64,000 nucleotides of DNA from the human T2T-CHM13v2.0 reference genome, Homo sapiens (GCF_009914755.1 NC_060941.1), one strand, 5' to 3'; positions 1 through 13,742 are shown, numbered from the stretch's first letter. Made by a program: numbers and translations. The notes: generated from the letters alone by a model not told the origin.

Positions 1-135
1 CCCAGTGGCTAGAATGCGGAAGAACAGGCTAAAAGCTGCCTTGAAGCTGAAGAGAGGTAGGGGACCTGGTTGGTTCTCGGTTCGCAGTCTCTCTCCTCAC
101 AGAAGACACAATGCAGGGGTGGGCATTAAGAGTTC

Positions 136-141
136 TTTATT
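136..141 (-). terminator. FLOT2: FLOT2 poly(A) signal AATAAA
   Basis: tttatt on + strand, about 1.2 kb downstream of the FLOT2 stop codon. Confidence 0.85.
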
Positions 142-1341
142 TTACCAGAAGGGACAGGCAGTGGGGCAGTGCAACATCCAAGCCCCAGACCAGACATGCA
201 GCATCCACATGCAGGAAGAGCTACACAGGCTGGGGCAGGGCCAGGGTGGGGAGCTGGGACCACTGGACATTCACAGCACCCCTGCCAAGACGCTTGGGTC
301 CTGGGCTCTTCTGCCTCCATTGGAGCAAGGAGACAGAGGATTGGGTTGCTTCCCCATGGCTGGAACCCCATCACTCTGGCCAGGAAGAAAGATGGCACAA
401 GGGCTCTGGGGTCTGGCCAGGCTACAGCACTCGATTCTGTACAGGGTTGGCACAGCCTTGTCCACCAGAAGGGCCCAACACCCAGGACAGTGCAGCCCTA
501 GCAGGAAGAAGGTCTACACACTTTTCTGTCCCCAACAGGGCTAGACCCTCATCTCAGAAAACTTAGCAGAGTTGGGACCAAACCGCACCGCCCCAGCAGG
601 AACATGCCCATGAAGAGGCCTTCCCTGAGCACAAGCAGGGGCCTCCTAAGGCAGTAGGAAACTGAGGAAGCTGCTGTAGACAGGAGGCCTTGCCTCTGTG
701 CCCTTGGGGTCAGGGAGAAAGGACAGGGTATGAGCGCTGGCTGGGGCCTTGGGTGGATGAGGGGAAGGACAGTGTCTCTGGGCCCTGCAGGTCATGGCTG
801 CCCAGACCTAGAGGGGCAGCAGCAGGTGAGGCTGTGGGCTTCCTGGGGCAGGGTTTAGGGCTGGGAAGACCAGTCCAGGAGAGAGGACAGTGACCGTCCT
901 ACCCAGAACCCCTGCCCATGCTGAGCTCTGGCCAGGGCCATAGGGAGGATGGACAGATGCACAGAGAACTTCAAGGCACCAGGATTCTGAGGAGCAGCAG
1001 GGCCACCCCCCACAGAGAGTGATTGTAATAAACATCTTCAGCTTAATCTACATGATGTGCATGGGGGAAAGAAAAAGACAGACAAAGGAAAAGACACGCA
1101 GGGAGATGAGACACAAACCTGATGAAAGTGGCAGTGAAAGTGGGGTAAAGGAGAGGAAGAGGAGGAGGTGGACAGACAGGAGAGACAGGAAGACAGCCAG
1201 AGATGGCCTGAACACACAGCACTTCTGGTCCCTTCGAGATAAGGCACCAGAGTCAGTAACGTTCCCGTTGTTCTGTGGGATTAAAACGGGTGCTGGAGGG
1301 AGGGCCGGGTGGCTGCTGAAGAGAGTGGGCCTGCAGGAGCC

Positions 1342-1380
1342 TCACACCTGCACACCAGTGGCCTTCTTGATCAGGGGTAT
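1342..1380 (-). CDS. FLOT2: flotillin-2 exon 11, coding part (IPLIKKATGVQV*)
   Basis: ttgcag acceptor, TGA at 1344-1342; total spliced CDS 1287 nt = 428 aa. Confidence 0.97.
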   Translation of the reverse strand: MPLIKKATGVQV

Positions 1381-1493
1381 CTGCAAGGATGGGAGATGCC
1401 ATGAGACCTTGGCTCCAGAGCCCAGGACCACTTTGCCTGGGCCAGTCCGACGGGCTACCTGGGCAACCCCACCGCAGCTAGGCAGGCACATAC

Positions 1494-1643
1494 CTTAGAC
1501 AGGTCCACGCCTGTGAGGGCATGCACAGAGGCAGGCAGCTCGGCCAGCAGTCGGTTCACTTCTGATGTGACCTTACTGTTGTCTCCACTGAGGACCACAA
1601 TCTCATCGACCTTGGTAAGTGGGGCAGCGATTTTGGCAGCAAT
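1494..1643 (-). CDS. FLOT2: flotillin-2 exon 10 (IAAKIAAPLTKVDEIVVLSGDNSK...VDLSK)
   Basis: tag/gtatg boundaries, 150 nt, phase 0-0. Confidence 0.97.
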
Positions 1644-1972
1644 CTAGGAGGTAAGAGTGGGAGGACAGCCTGGTTGGCGCTGACTCTGTTCTCAGCCCGG
1701 TCCAGCATCTCTCCCTCCCTTCCTTAACTCACTCCAACCCCAAAGCAGCCTGGGTGGCCCTTAGTCTCGAGCCATGGTAAGAGACGCCCTGTGGGCCAGG
1801 GATGGCTTAGGCCTTTGTAGGGTTCCTGCCCCCTGCTGAGGATGCTCCTCATTTAACCCTTCTAGCCATCTGTCCCTGTGTTACTCGCAAGGCCCAGAGA
1901 AGTTCTGGCACTTGCCCAGCTTGTCAAGCAAGGACACTTGAACCCTAGGACCCGCTTGGGTGGAAGCCTCAC

Positions 1973-2156
1973 CTGGGGCAGGGCCTCTAGCACCAAGGCC
2001 ATCTTGGCTGCATCCCCGTATTTCTGGTAGGCTTCTGCCTTGAGCTTCATCCGCTCAGCCTCTGCCTTGCCCATCGCCTCGATGACTGCCGCTTCCGCCT
2101 CCCCGATTTTGCGGATCTTCTCAGCCTCTGCCTGTGCCAAGAGGACCTGCTTCACC
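1973..2156 (-). CDS. FLOT2: flotillin-2 exon 9 (VKQVLLAQAEAEKIRKIGEAEA...LEALPQ)
   Basis: cag/gtgag boundaries, 184 nt, flotillin EA-repeat coiled coil. Confidence 0.97.
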
Positions 2157-2594
2157 CTGGGGGAGCCCAGGCCAGTTAGGATCAGTGGGACGTACCAGGG
2201 TCCTCTCAAGCCTTGCCTGGGGGCCAGCAAACCTTCAAACCCTCTGCTCTGGGGGCTGTCGGGGTGGGAGACATTGGAACGGAGTGGGGTGGCCTGACCT
2301 TCCGGCTCTGGCCAGGGAAAGGCCACCGGCTCCCATCTGTAAGTGGGAGGGAACAAACCAGGATGCCGTCTATGCCCAAGCACTACACCAGGCACTGGAG
2401 CCTCCTTTATCTATTTAGTCTTCCCAACAGCAGTCCCACAGGGGACATGGGGTTATCCTCACTTCACAGTGAGTAAGAAGACACAGTGGAGGGGGAGAAG
2501 TGGCTTCCAAGCTGTGGTCAGGAGAGTAGAGGGAGTGCACTGAAGGCAGAGGAGCCTGACTAAGCCCTGACCCCGGCACCTGGGCGGCTCTCAC

Positions 2595-2809
2595 TTTTCA
2601 CCCTCGGCAATCTGCTGGATGCGGTGGGCCTCGGCCTCGGCAGGCCGGCGCACTGTAGCGATGAGCTCCTTGTCCGTACGCAGGATCTCCTGTGCCTCCA
2701 CGGCAATCTGTTTCTTGCGCTGCACAACCTCAATCTCAATCTCTTCCTGCCGGATCTTCTGCTGTTCACGGGCCCCCTGCAGCTCATAGGCCAACTGGGC
2801 CTCAGCTGT
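2595..2809 (-). CDS. FLOT2: flotillin-2 exon 8 (TAEAQLAYELQGARE...IAEGEK)
   Basis: cag/gtgag boundaries, 215 nt. Confidence 0.97.
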
Positions 2810-2898
2810 CTGTGGCAAGAGGGTGTGTGGCACATTAGAGGCTGGTCACCAAGTCCTGATCCCTGAGCCCCATCCCAGGATGTCCTCAGGCTGCTCAC

Positions 2899-3018
2899 CT
2901 TGATGTTAACCTCCTCACTGAAGGCTGACTTTTGCAGCTCGAAGGCTCGCTTAGAGTCAGCAATCTTGGTGTCTGCCATGAACTTCACATCCAGCATCTC
3001 CTTCTTGCACTCAGCTTC
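2899..3018 (-). CDS. FLOT2: flotillin-2 exon 7 (EAECKKEMLDVKF...EEVNIK)
   Basis: cag/gtgag boundaries, 120 nt. Confidence 0.97.
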
Positions 3019-3117
3019 CTGGGGACAAAAGGGGCAGAAGGGGAAGGTGAGTGAGTAGAGGTCCTGAGTCATCATGGTCCCATCACCCCTGAGCTTCCCA
3101 TCCTTGAACCCACATAC

Positions 3118-3231
3118 CCGGATGCCTGCGTCCCGTTCAGCCTCGGCCACGCCAATGTCAGCATCTCTCTGCACCACGGCAGTCTGCGTCTTGCCCAGGG
3201 AGCTCAGATAGTCCACTTTGTCATACACGTC
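3118..3231 (-). CDS. FLOT2: flotillin-2 exon 6 (DVYDKVDYLSSLGK...DAGIR)
   Basis: cag/gtatg boundaries, 114 nt. Confidence 0.97.
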
Positions 3232-3353
3232 CTGGGGAGGGAAGGGGGTATCAGAGGCTCAAAGGAGCAGCCAGAGGCACAAAGGTGCCCCTCTAACAAA
3301 GCCACCATCTCCCAGATGGACGCCAGGAGATACAGCTTCCCATCACGTCGTAC

Positions 3354-3472
3354 CTTGATGGTGAAGCTGAGGATCTCAATGCCCATGCGGCCAACATCAG
3401 GGGCTGCCACCTCCCGCACCAGCTTGGCAAACTGGTCCCGGTCCTGATAAATCTGCTCCACTGTCAGGGTCC
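3354..3472 (-). CDS. FLOT2: flotillin-2 exon 5 (TLTVEQIYQDRDQF...SFTIK)
   Basis: cag/gtacg boundaries, 119 nt, SPFH domain. Confidence 0.97.
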
Positions 3473-3888
3473 CTGGGGGCAGAGGGATCAAGGGCTGGCT
3501 CCCCAGGGACCCAGCCAGCTGGGGAAGGGAGGAGGCATGCATGTAGAGGTAGGGGTGCATGCGGGGTGCTGCACTCTGAGCTGGGTCTTCCTGGGGTATC
3601 TTCTCAACAGCACTTAACACCGAGCTTCCTGCTGCACAGTCCAGGCTGAATGAGGAAAAGTGTCCCAAGCAGCACTAGGTTCCTGAGCAGACCGACAGCC
3701 CCCATCCCACCCCTTCACTCATACCCTCTCCTTAACTCAAGTCACCTGAAGTTTTGAAATTAAATATTTGAGGAAAAGTGTTTTAGCTTGAAACTCCTGT
3801 GAAACAGGCCCCCTGCCCAGCCCTGCACACCTCCCTGCCTTGGCTTAGGGGCCCCGTGAGGCTCCTCAAAGGCTGAACAGGGCCTCAC

Positions 3889-4012
3889 CGAGGATGGAGC
3901 GCAGATGTCCCTCCAGGGTCTGCAGGACGACGTTTTTGATGTCCTGCACATTCTTACCCAGAAACTGCTCACAAGCCACGGCCAGGAGTTCCTTCTCCGT
4001 CATGATCTTCAC
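3889..4012 (-). CDS. FLOT2: flotillin-2 exon 4 (VKIMTEKELLAVACEQFLGK...LRSIL)
   Basis: cag/gtgag boundaries, 124 nt, SPFH domain. Confidence 0.97.
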
Positions 4013-5005
4013 CTGTCAGTGACGACAAAGGCGCTTCAGCTAGGCTGGAGCGAGGCAGACAAAGGCCCCAGACCCAGAGGTAGGCAGGATGGTGGCTGTG
4101 CCTCCTCCCTTCCTTTTTTCAGACCTGGAGGCCCTGGGGGGCTGGAATCTGTCTGAAGCCTCTAGTGGGGAGACAGCAGCACAAGGGCTTCTCTCACTAT
4201 GAAACTTCTCCTGCACTGACAGCCCCAGGCCCTGCCACGGCCTCTCCTGGGCATTCGGGGCTTGTCTCCCCACCCCTCCAGCCTACTGTCCCCTCACCAG
4301 CTAATTCCTCCCTTGCAGGCTTCCTACACGTGGGAGACCCTCAGGCTGAGGGGCAGAGAGTATGAGAAGCAGAATGAGCAATAGGGACACAGACAGAGAA
4401 GGAAAGAGCCTGGACAGGGCAGGAGAGGGTTGGGGGATGCAACCGAGGGTGCCTCTCCTTCTTGAGTTACTCAGCCAACCCCTCGCCGAGGCCTACAGCA
4501 TGGCTGAACCTCACTGCCCTGTGAAGCCAAGAGGTGGATCGGGGCAGGAAGCCCTCACCTAGGCCCTCAGCAGGGGATATGATGCAGCCTCCGACTCCCA
4601 GAGTCCAGAGCTCCTCTGCCTCACATGGCCTCTCCCTCTGGGCCCCACCCCTCCCACGCAGTACCCAGGGAACAAGGAAGGCCTGGATTCTGGGGCTTGA
4701 CATTTCCAACACCTGCAAAGAATGGGGGTGGGGTTAGTGAGCCAGGAGCCCTCAGCACTGGTTCTGTCCCTCGTGGGCCCGCTGAGGAGAGAAGGGGTGT
4801 CTGTTAGTCCTGCTGGGTGGCCAAAATGGCCCGGTGAGCATGTTCCAGTGGCGACGACCTGACTAGCCCTCTCTTGTGGGACTTGCGGGGGCTGGGGTGC
4901 TGGAGAGAGACTGCCCCTGGCTGCTGTCCTCTCCTCCTCCCCCCGAACCCGAGTACGGGACCAGGCAGCTCAACGGACATGCGCAGGGCTGCTGAGTTAC
5001 TATAC

Positions 5006-5096
5006 CTGGGCGACACCCGTCACAGTTAAAGCTACCCCCTCGGCCGTCTCTACGTCCTCGCAGCGGGGCTGCAACGTCATAATCTCTAGGGAAATC
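5006..5096 (-). CDS. FLOT2: flotillin-2 exon 3, canonical ('3b'; ISLEIMTLQPRCEDVETAEGVALTVTGVAQ)
   Basis: cag/gtatag boundaries, 91 nt, phase 2-0. Confidence 0.97.
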
Positions 5097-6637
5097 CTGC
5101 CAAGAAACGCAAAACAGGGGCATGGGTCTGGGGGCGCAGGGCCTGGTGGTGTTGGGAAAGAGGCCAGTACCTCACTGCTCCGGCTGGGTCCTGGTGAGGA
5201 AGGTGGAGGGAGGACTCTCCACGGGGCTGAGATGGGAGTGTCTGAGAAGGAGGTGGGCACGAGGGCAGGGTGGGTGCAGGTGGCCCCAGGGGAAGGAGTG
5301 GAAGTGGGCTGCATATGTGCACACACCCTCTGCTCAAGTCAGCTGAGGAAAAGGAAGTAGAAAGAAGTGGTTGTGGGTGGTCGGGGGCTGTTGGTCAGGG
5401 GAGAATCCAGGTGTAGCTGTGTGTATGTTCTAGGATAGCAAGTCAGTGCTGGTCCTCCCGGCCCTGCTGTGCAGGCCATCCGTGGATGTCAACTGAGCCT
5501 CCCACAGGGGCCCTTGCCCATTCCTTGGTCTACCCAGCACCCCAGGGTGCCCCAGGAAGTTGCTTGGAAAGCTCTGCCTGATTGCCTGGCATCCTGGAGT
5601 ATGCCTACTGCTGGGCTAAGATGGAAGTGATTCTGTACCTGCCCCTTGCCAGAGAAGCCCTACCTGGTGGCTGCAGCCTTTGACTTGAAACCCATGTCTG
5701 GTATTAGGCCCAGGTGGGTCACATGGGGAATTTAGACTGAAGTCACACTAGAGCTTCTTGGCCAAGGAGTGTTAACCCTGGAAAGAGTTGTTCTGGCCAT
5801 GCAATCTGACTCCTCCAGGGTCCACAGTCACCCACTTTAAAAGGGATCTGGGCTTTGCAGGTGTTTCAAGTGTAGGTGTGGGTATGGAAGGAGAGAGGAC
5901 TGCATCAAATAGAGTATTGAAGGAGGCCTGGACCCTACCCCTTCCACACAAGGTGCTCCAAGCCTCCCAGGCCTCTGCACCTCCCATGGCTACAAGGGCT
6001 AAGGGGATGGGGATGGTCCCCTTCCCCATTAGAGATGGCAGGATGGGTGAAGAAGGGAGTGGTGGTGTAGTGTTTTTGCCTAAGCAGAGGCTGAAGGGCA
6101 ACTGAATGCAGAGGGAGGGGGTGAGAAAGATGTGGTTCAGGCCTCTTCCAGGCTGGGAACCCGCTGGCACACAGGCTCTGAGGGGGCAGGGGCTTTTTAT
6201 TGTTCGCTCCTGCAGTCCACATGCCTCAAACTGAGAAGGTGCTCAGTAGAGAGCTGGTGAATGAAGCAATGAAGAGGGGAACCCACACATGACAGAGTAA
6301 GCATTTGGAGCTAATTAACACCCAAGCCCAAGAATAGATTTCACCAGCTATGGCTGCATGGTAACGAAGGCCTGGCATCCAGGGACACTCACTGGCAGAC
6401 TTGGCAGAGCTTCCAGAATCCCTTGCTGTTTCCCCACTTGCAGTCCAATAGGCAAGGGCAAGGGACCTGGGGATGTACAGGGATCCATCCTGGCACCCAG
6501 AGCAGTGGAGGAGAGAAAAGAGGAGAGGGAGGAAGGCACGGTCTCAGGAGGGGAGTCCATCGGCTCCTGTCTGCCAGGCCCCGCAGGGCAGGAAGAGAGA
6601 AGGTTAGACACGGAGGAGGAAGCAGGTGGGTTATTAC

Positions 6638-6728
6638 CTGTGCAACCCCTGTTACGAATAGTGGAACCCCCTCCGACGTCTCAATATTCTCACAGCGACA
6701 CAGGATGGTCATAACCTCCAGAGACAGT
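6638..6728 (-). CDS. FLOT2: flotillin-2 alternative exon 3 ('3a'; LSLEVMTILCRCENIETSEGVPLFVTGVAQ)
   Basis: ctcctcag/gtaata boundaries; same 91-nt length and phases as exon 3; clearly homologous peptide. Confidence 0.9.
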
Positions 6729-9725
6729 CTGAGGAGCAGCCAGGGGGTGGGGAGAGGTAGGGACAGGAAGGGAAGGAGGGGACACAGCAAACACACACAG
6801 TAGTTACCAGACAAGCACCGATGCCTGACGCCTGGGGGCGGGGGGGGGCATGCTGTCAGTAATCCAACCCCCCAACTGCCAGCTCAGCCGAGGGCTGCAG
6901 GACAGCAGCGACCTCCTGTGCTGATCCGAGGCCTCTGGGTCTCTTCTCTAGCCCCCAAACCCTTTTAGTGAGGACCTGCTAGGCTGGGGAAGATGCCTGC
7001 TGCCACCCTGGGCCTGCGGCCTGAGGTCAGGAGGCTTGTGCACAGGGCACCTGGGTTGCCCGCCACCTCACTTTCCCAGGGATCCTGTCGCAATCTGGGA
7101 GACTGAGGCTTAGCCCCCCGTCTTCACACAGGTAAACCTGTGTTTCCAGAAATCGGGAGTGGGAGGCTATTCTGGGGACTCCTGAGCTTTAGCAAATGCC
7201 GAATCCGCCAGGTCTGCACTATCTATCACTAAGGCAAGGTGAGGCCAGAAAAGCCCAAATGTTCTGATGTGGGGCCAAGGAAGGCTGGGGGAGAGTGTGC
7301 TCCTGCCAGAATACTCAGGGATAACCGGGAGATAAGGGAGGCATTTAATTGGGAATTTCCAAAGTTGGCCAGGGGCAGAGAGAAGATTATTGGCAAAGAA
7401 AACAAGGTGCCTCGAAGCTCCCTGGCCCATCCTGGCTGGGCCTCCCTAGGCAGTCTGTGTGCAGGGTGATTGTCTAGGCAGAGGCCAGGCTGTGGACAGT
7501 GTGGAAGGTTTCCCTAAATCAGAGGAAGGAAGAGAGGACAGAGGCCGAGGGTGAAGGGGCAGAAGCAGGTGGAGGGGGTGATAAGGAGCAGCAGTCGATG
7601 TGCAGCCCCCATCTCAATCCCAGGAGGGGCCACCCCCACAGTGCCAGCCCTGGGGCACTGGCCATGCAGATGTGCAAAAGTTGCCTTCATTCGAGCCCCT
7701 AACACTAGCATCCTTGGGCCTGAGAGGATTCTTGACCCAGCTCAGACAGGAACCCACCAAGCTCTCTTCTGGGGAAGGAGAGAGGGAAATAGGGGAGAGG
7801 GAGGGAGGGAGGAAGGGTAGTGGGGAGGGAAGAAGGGAGGCTGCAGCTCAGATGCCAAAGGTGGAAGAATTGCTCAGGTAAGAGGGAGAGAGCCGCCCAT
7901 ATCAGGGCCTCGGGATAGTATAGGATGTGGCAGCAAAATGCAGCAGGAGGGGTCACTGAGCCTGGAAGAAGAATGGCTGACCCCAAGGGCACGTGACATA
8001 TAGACAGCTGCAGAAAGGACCTTGAGAGGGAGGCTGAGTATCCAGGCTGAGTTAGAAGCCTCTACTCTGACCCGAGAGGCTCCTGCCAGCCTAGGGAAAT
8101 AAAGCCCCAGCCTGTGGAGGCGTCCCCCAAGCAGGCTAGGGACTAGGGAAGAGGCTGCCCCCCAGAAAAGGTGTAAGAAGGAGAAGGATTACTGGCTCAG
8201 ACTACCCAGCAAGTGAGACCAGAGGGAGGATGTAGAGCCTGGGTGTGAGGTCGGTGTCCTGGGAAGAGATACAAGGCCCTTCACCTTTAACTTCCAAACT
8301 TGCTGTCAGAAAGGCTTGGCCCTTCTGTCCTGGCTCTGCTCCCTGGAGCAGGAAGGGAGAGCAGGGGACCAAGAATCTGGAGAAAGGACTGCAGGGGAAT
8401 TGGCCTAGCAGTGGCTGCCCACGCAGGGCAGGTGTCTGGACAAGATACTCTGTTGTGCTGGGAATGCACAGTGTGTGGGGTGGCAGTATGTCTGGAGAGG
8501 GCTCCCCACGGCTTCTGACAGGCCACTGGCCCACTCAGGTGTGGCCAGGATCCTCTCGAGTGGAGGCTGTGGCCACTACTGATTACTCTGACACTTTGAG
8601 CCTTGGACCAGAAGAGTCCCCAGCATCGCTCACCTCTGGTCGGGTAAAGTGAGGGGAGAGGTGGGAGAGTGCAGCGGTTACTGAGAACCAGTGAAGTTAA
8701 TCCATTGTGCCATGCTTCCCATTCCCCCCGACCCTAGCAGATGCCCTCAGACTCCCAGGAGCCTCAAGCACTAGCAGCTTGGTGCAGACGTGAGCTGCTG
8801 ACGGGTGGGGGATGGGGCAGAGGGGGTTTCCACTGGAATCTCCATGATTTCCCCTGTGGGGTGACCGACCACCTTGCAACATGCCCACAGCTCTGCTGCC
8901 CTTGTTGCCTGGGTCCTGGTTGGGAAGGATCTGCTCCTCCCCTCCCCACCGCCCCATCTCCCATAATGAGGAAGGGGGCGATCGTGGAAAGGTAGCTGGC
9001 GTGCCTCATCTCCCGGGTGGGCAGTGAGGGTGGCAGGAGAGGCCAGGTCTGGCCCTGCCCTAGGCTCTGCAGGCAGCGGCAGGTAGAGCTGGATGGTGGG
9101 CCCTCTGGGGAGCTGAAATCTCACTTCCTCTAGTAAGTCTTTCCAGACTGATTTAGGAGGTCCAGACCTGTCTTGCTCAGCCCCAGCACTAATTCGTTAG
9201 GTCCCCCTCCCTGTCTAACTTACCACTGTCACAGAACCACTTTTGACTATATGTCCATTCTCTGCCACATAGTCCCTGCCTGGATTACCCCAGGGCCTGC
9301 ATGGGTAAGGGTGTGCATGGGGTCCCTCCAGCCTTTCCTCCCTTCATATGCCCACTCCAAACTGGGCGTATAATAAAGACTTCTTAAATAACTTTGAGTT
9401 ATAATCAGGAAATCAAGATTCTGCCTGGGTTATGACCCTGAATTCTCTGGGACAGAAGTAATGCCACCTCCAGTGGAAAAAAGAACACCCACTAAGGAGG
9501 GGGTGCCCATGACAGACCTTCCTGATGCATGTCTCCTGCACCCCTGTGCAACCCATCTTACATGCTTCTTAGGAAGTCCCCCCCAACCCCACCCCTCCAC
9601 CGCCAGAATGGAATGTGGAAATGGTAGATGCTCTAGCTGACCCTCAGAGTGAAGCAGAACAATGCTGGAAGCCCCTCTCTCCCTGGCCCACTCCATGACA
9701 GGTCCTAGAGCCCCCAGGTGCTTAC

Positions 9726-9807
9726 CTCTGAGTGTCGGAGATACACCACCAGGCCCAGGCCCAGCCGCCAAACACGTACTGTTTATAGTCGGAACCACAA
9801 CAGCCCC
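9726..9807 (-). CDS. FLOT2: flotillin-2 exon 2 (GCCGSDYKQYVFGGWAWAWWCISDTQR)
   Basis: cag/gtaag boundaries, 82 nt; contains C19/C20 palmitoylation cysteines. Confidence 0.97.
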
Positions 9808-10115
9808 CTGGGGAGCAAAGCAAACCACCGCAAGTCAGTCGGTTCTTGGGTCTGTCTACCCTCCAGCCCACTGATAGCAACTTTTGTCCTTTACCTGCTC
9901 TGATACTTGACAACGCCTACTGTTGGGTGCCTAGTGCTGAGGTTACACATCAATGAGAGAGAAGTTCTCCCTACCCTTATGGGAGTTAAAGTCTAGATTG
10001 GTAGACAGGCAATTTACATAAAGAGAAGGATAGCCAATGAATAGTTTAGAATGTAAGTGCTTCCAGAGAAAAGAAGAACAGAACAGGACAATGGGCAGAG
10101 GTGATCTGAAAAAGC

Positions 10116-10719
<604 letters not shown>

Positions 10720-10938
10720 AGCTTCCATTTTTAATTAATTAATTCAATAAACAAGTATGCCCTGGAGTTCACCTGTTATCACGGGGGGTGTAGACAGAGA
10801 GGGAACGCAGACAGGGACAACACTGGGGGGCTGGGAGGGAAGAAAGAGTCTCCCAACCAAGGCGAGAGGGTTTGCTCTTCTGCCTGGCAGACACATCTCA
10901 GTGAGGCTGGTTCTCTACTTCCAAAACATTCAGAATGA

Positions 10939-11466
<528 letters not shown>

Positions 11467-11639
11467 AATTCCTGAGATTCTTGTAGTGAACTCTCTTGTT
11501 AATGCCAAAATTCCTCATCAAGTTCAAGGAAACCTTCATAAAACTGGACAGGCAGTTAACTTGCAGTGCAAAAAAATGTACAGGAAACAGTATTCAAAGG
11601 AAATATGTGATCTGGGAAAAACCAGAGAGTGTTATCATT

Positions 11640-11959
11640 TCTTTTTTTTTTTTTTTTTGAGACAGGGTCTCATTCTGTTGCCCAGGCTGGAGTACACTGT
11701 ACACGAGTACAGCACTGCTGGAGTACACGGCTCACTGCAGCCTCCACCTCTTGGGCTCAATCCATCCTCCCACCTTAGCTTCTCGAGTAGCTGGAACCGC
11801 AGGTGTGTGCCCCCATGCCCAGCTAATTTTTGTATTTTTTGTGGAGACAAGGTTTCACCATGTTGCCCAGGCTGTTCTCGAATTCCTGGGCTCAAGCGAT
11901 CCACATGCGTTGGCCTCTCAAAGTGCTGGGATTACAGGCATGAGCCGCCGCGCCTGGCC
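11640..11959 (-). mobile_element. AluJ-like element with a small internal duplication
   Basis: Alu motifs; repeated ctggagtacac. Confidence 0.85.
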
Positions 11960-12312
11960 GAGCATTATCATTTCCACGTTCACAAAGTTAGGTTTTCATG
12001 AAAGCTTCAAAGAACCTCAAAAGGTTGACTGACTCCCAAGGTCAAGGGTCTGGGGGAGTTTCATGCAGCTGGGTTAGTGTCTCTGAGGACTCACGGCAGG
12101 GAATAAGGCAAGTGGAGGGGCAGAGGGCAGATCACACAGTGTCTTGTGTGTCAGGCCAAGAAGCTGTGTATGTGAGTGACAGGGAGCAAGGTTACCCTTG
12201 AGAAACACACACCACTTTGCATGAGGAGGAAGACACTGGGATCAGGGAGACTGGTCTCTTGCAGTAATCCAGGCAAGGCATGGTGGCTGATACTGGCAGA
12301 CAACTTCTAGAG

Positions 12313-12509
12313 CAGTCTTATCCATGACAACTTTCTGTGAGGGTAGGAATGTTCTATATCTTCTTCTGTGTTTATGCTGTGCAGTACAGCAGCCTCTAGC
12401 AACATATGACTGTTGTGCACTTCAAATGAGGCTGGTATGACTGGGGAACTGAATTTTTTAATTAATTTAAATGGCCACCTGTGGCTCCTGTCCACATTGG
12501 ACAGTGCAG
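12313..12509 (+). mobile_element. MER3-like hAT-Charlie DNA transposon
   Basis: resembles the MER3 consensus from recall; degenerate 8-bp flanks ttctagag/ctgtagag. Confidence 0.65.
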
Positions 12510-13134
12510 CTGTAGAGTCTGGGTTTGGGTGGGTGTTGAGGACAATAATAGAAACAGACACAATGGAGAGAATGGGAAACTGGGGACAAATTTTCGGTGG
12601 GTGGAGGCAAAGAAATAAAGAACCGCTCCACCTCACCCCCAGTGGGGAGGGCTTGAAAGGTTGGAGAGCTGGCATCTAATACTGCTTACCAGGTAGGTAA
12701 CCCAGTTTTCTGGGTCTGCTGCCATGCGTGAAGTTCCAGCAGCAGAACCAGAGGTCCAGGGATCAAAGAGCAGTGTGGGCAGGGAACAGTAAGACGGGGT
12801 CCTGGGTCTCTGTCTGTTTCTCTGGGGTAGAACTACCTGTTAACAGGGCTGCTGTTCAAGGTAAGCCATTCCGGGCTTCTCTGACCTGGGAAGTGGGGTG
12901 GGGAGGCCTCTGAGGACAAGCACTCAATCTGAAACCCAAACCATCTCAGGATCAAGTGAAACTGGAAGGGGACCAAAAATCACAGCTTATTCTACATCTT
13001 CTGGCCTGGTGGGGGCTGGGGCATGGCTGCCTTGGGCTAGCCCCATGGGACTTCTCAATGTGCAGTGGGAAGGTGGTAGTGGTGGGGGTAGGATGTGGGA
13101 GTGGGGTGGGGGATGGACAGGGTAGATGGCCACT

Positions 13135-13742
<608 letters not shown>

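Noticed and set aside
5-1498. + strand ORFs of 150-180 aa (5-544, 111-566, 1019-1498)
   Set aside because: Antisense to the FLOT2 3'UTR, non-ATG or poor starts, no recognisable domains; expected by chance in GC-rich DNA
13075-13125. G-run cluster with G-quadruplex potential
   Set aside because: Common in this GC-rich intron; nothing distinguishes it
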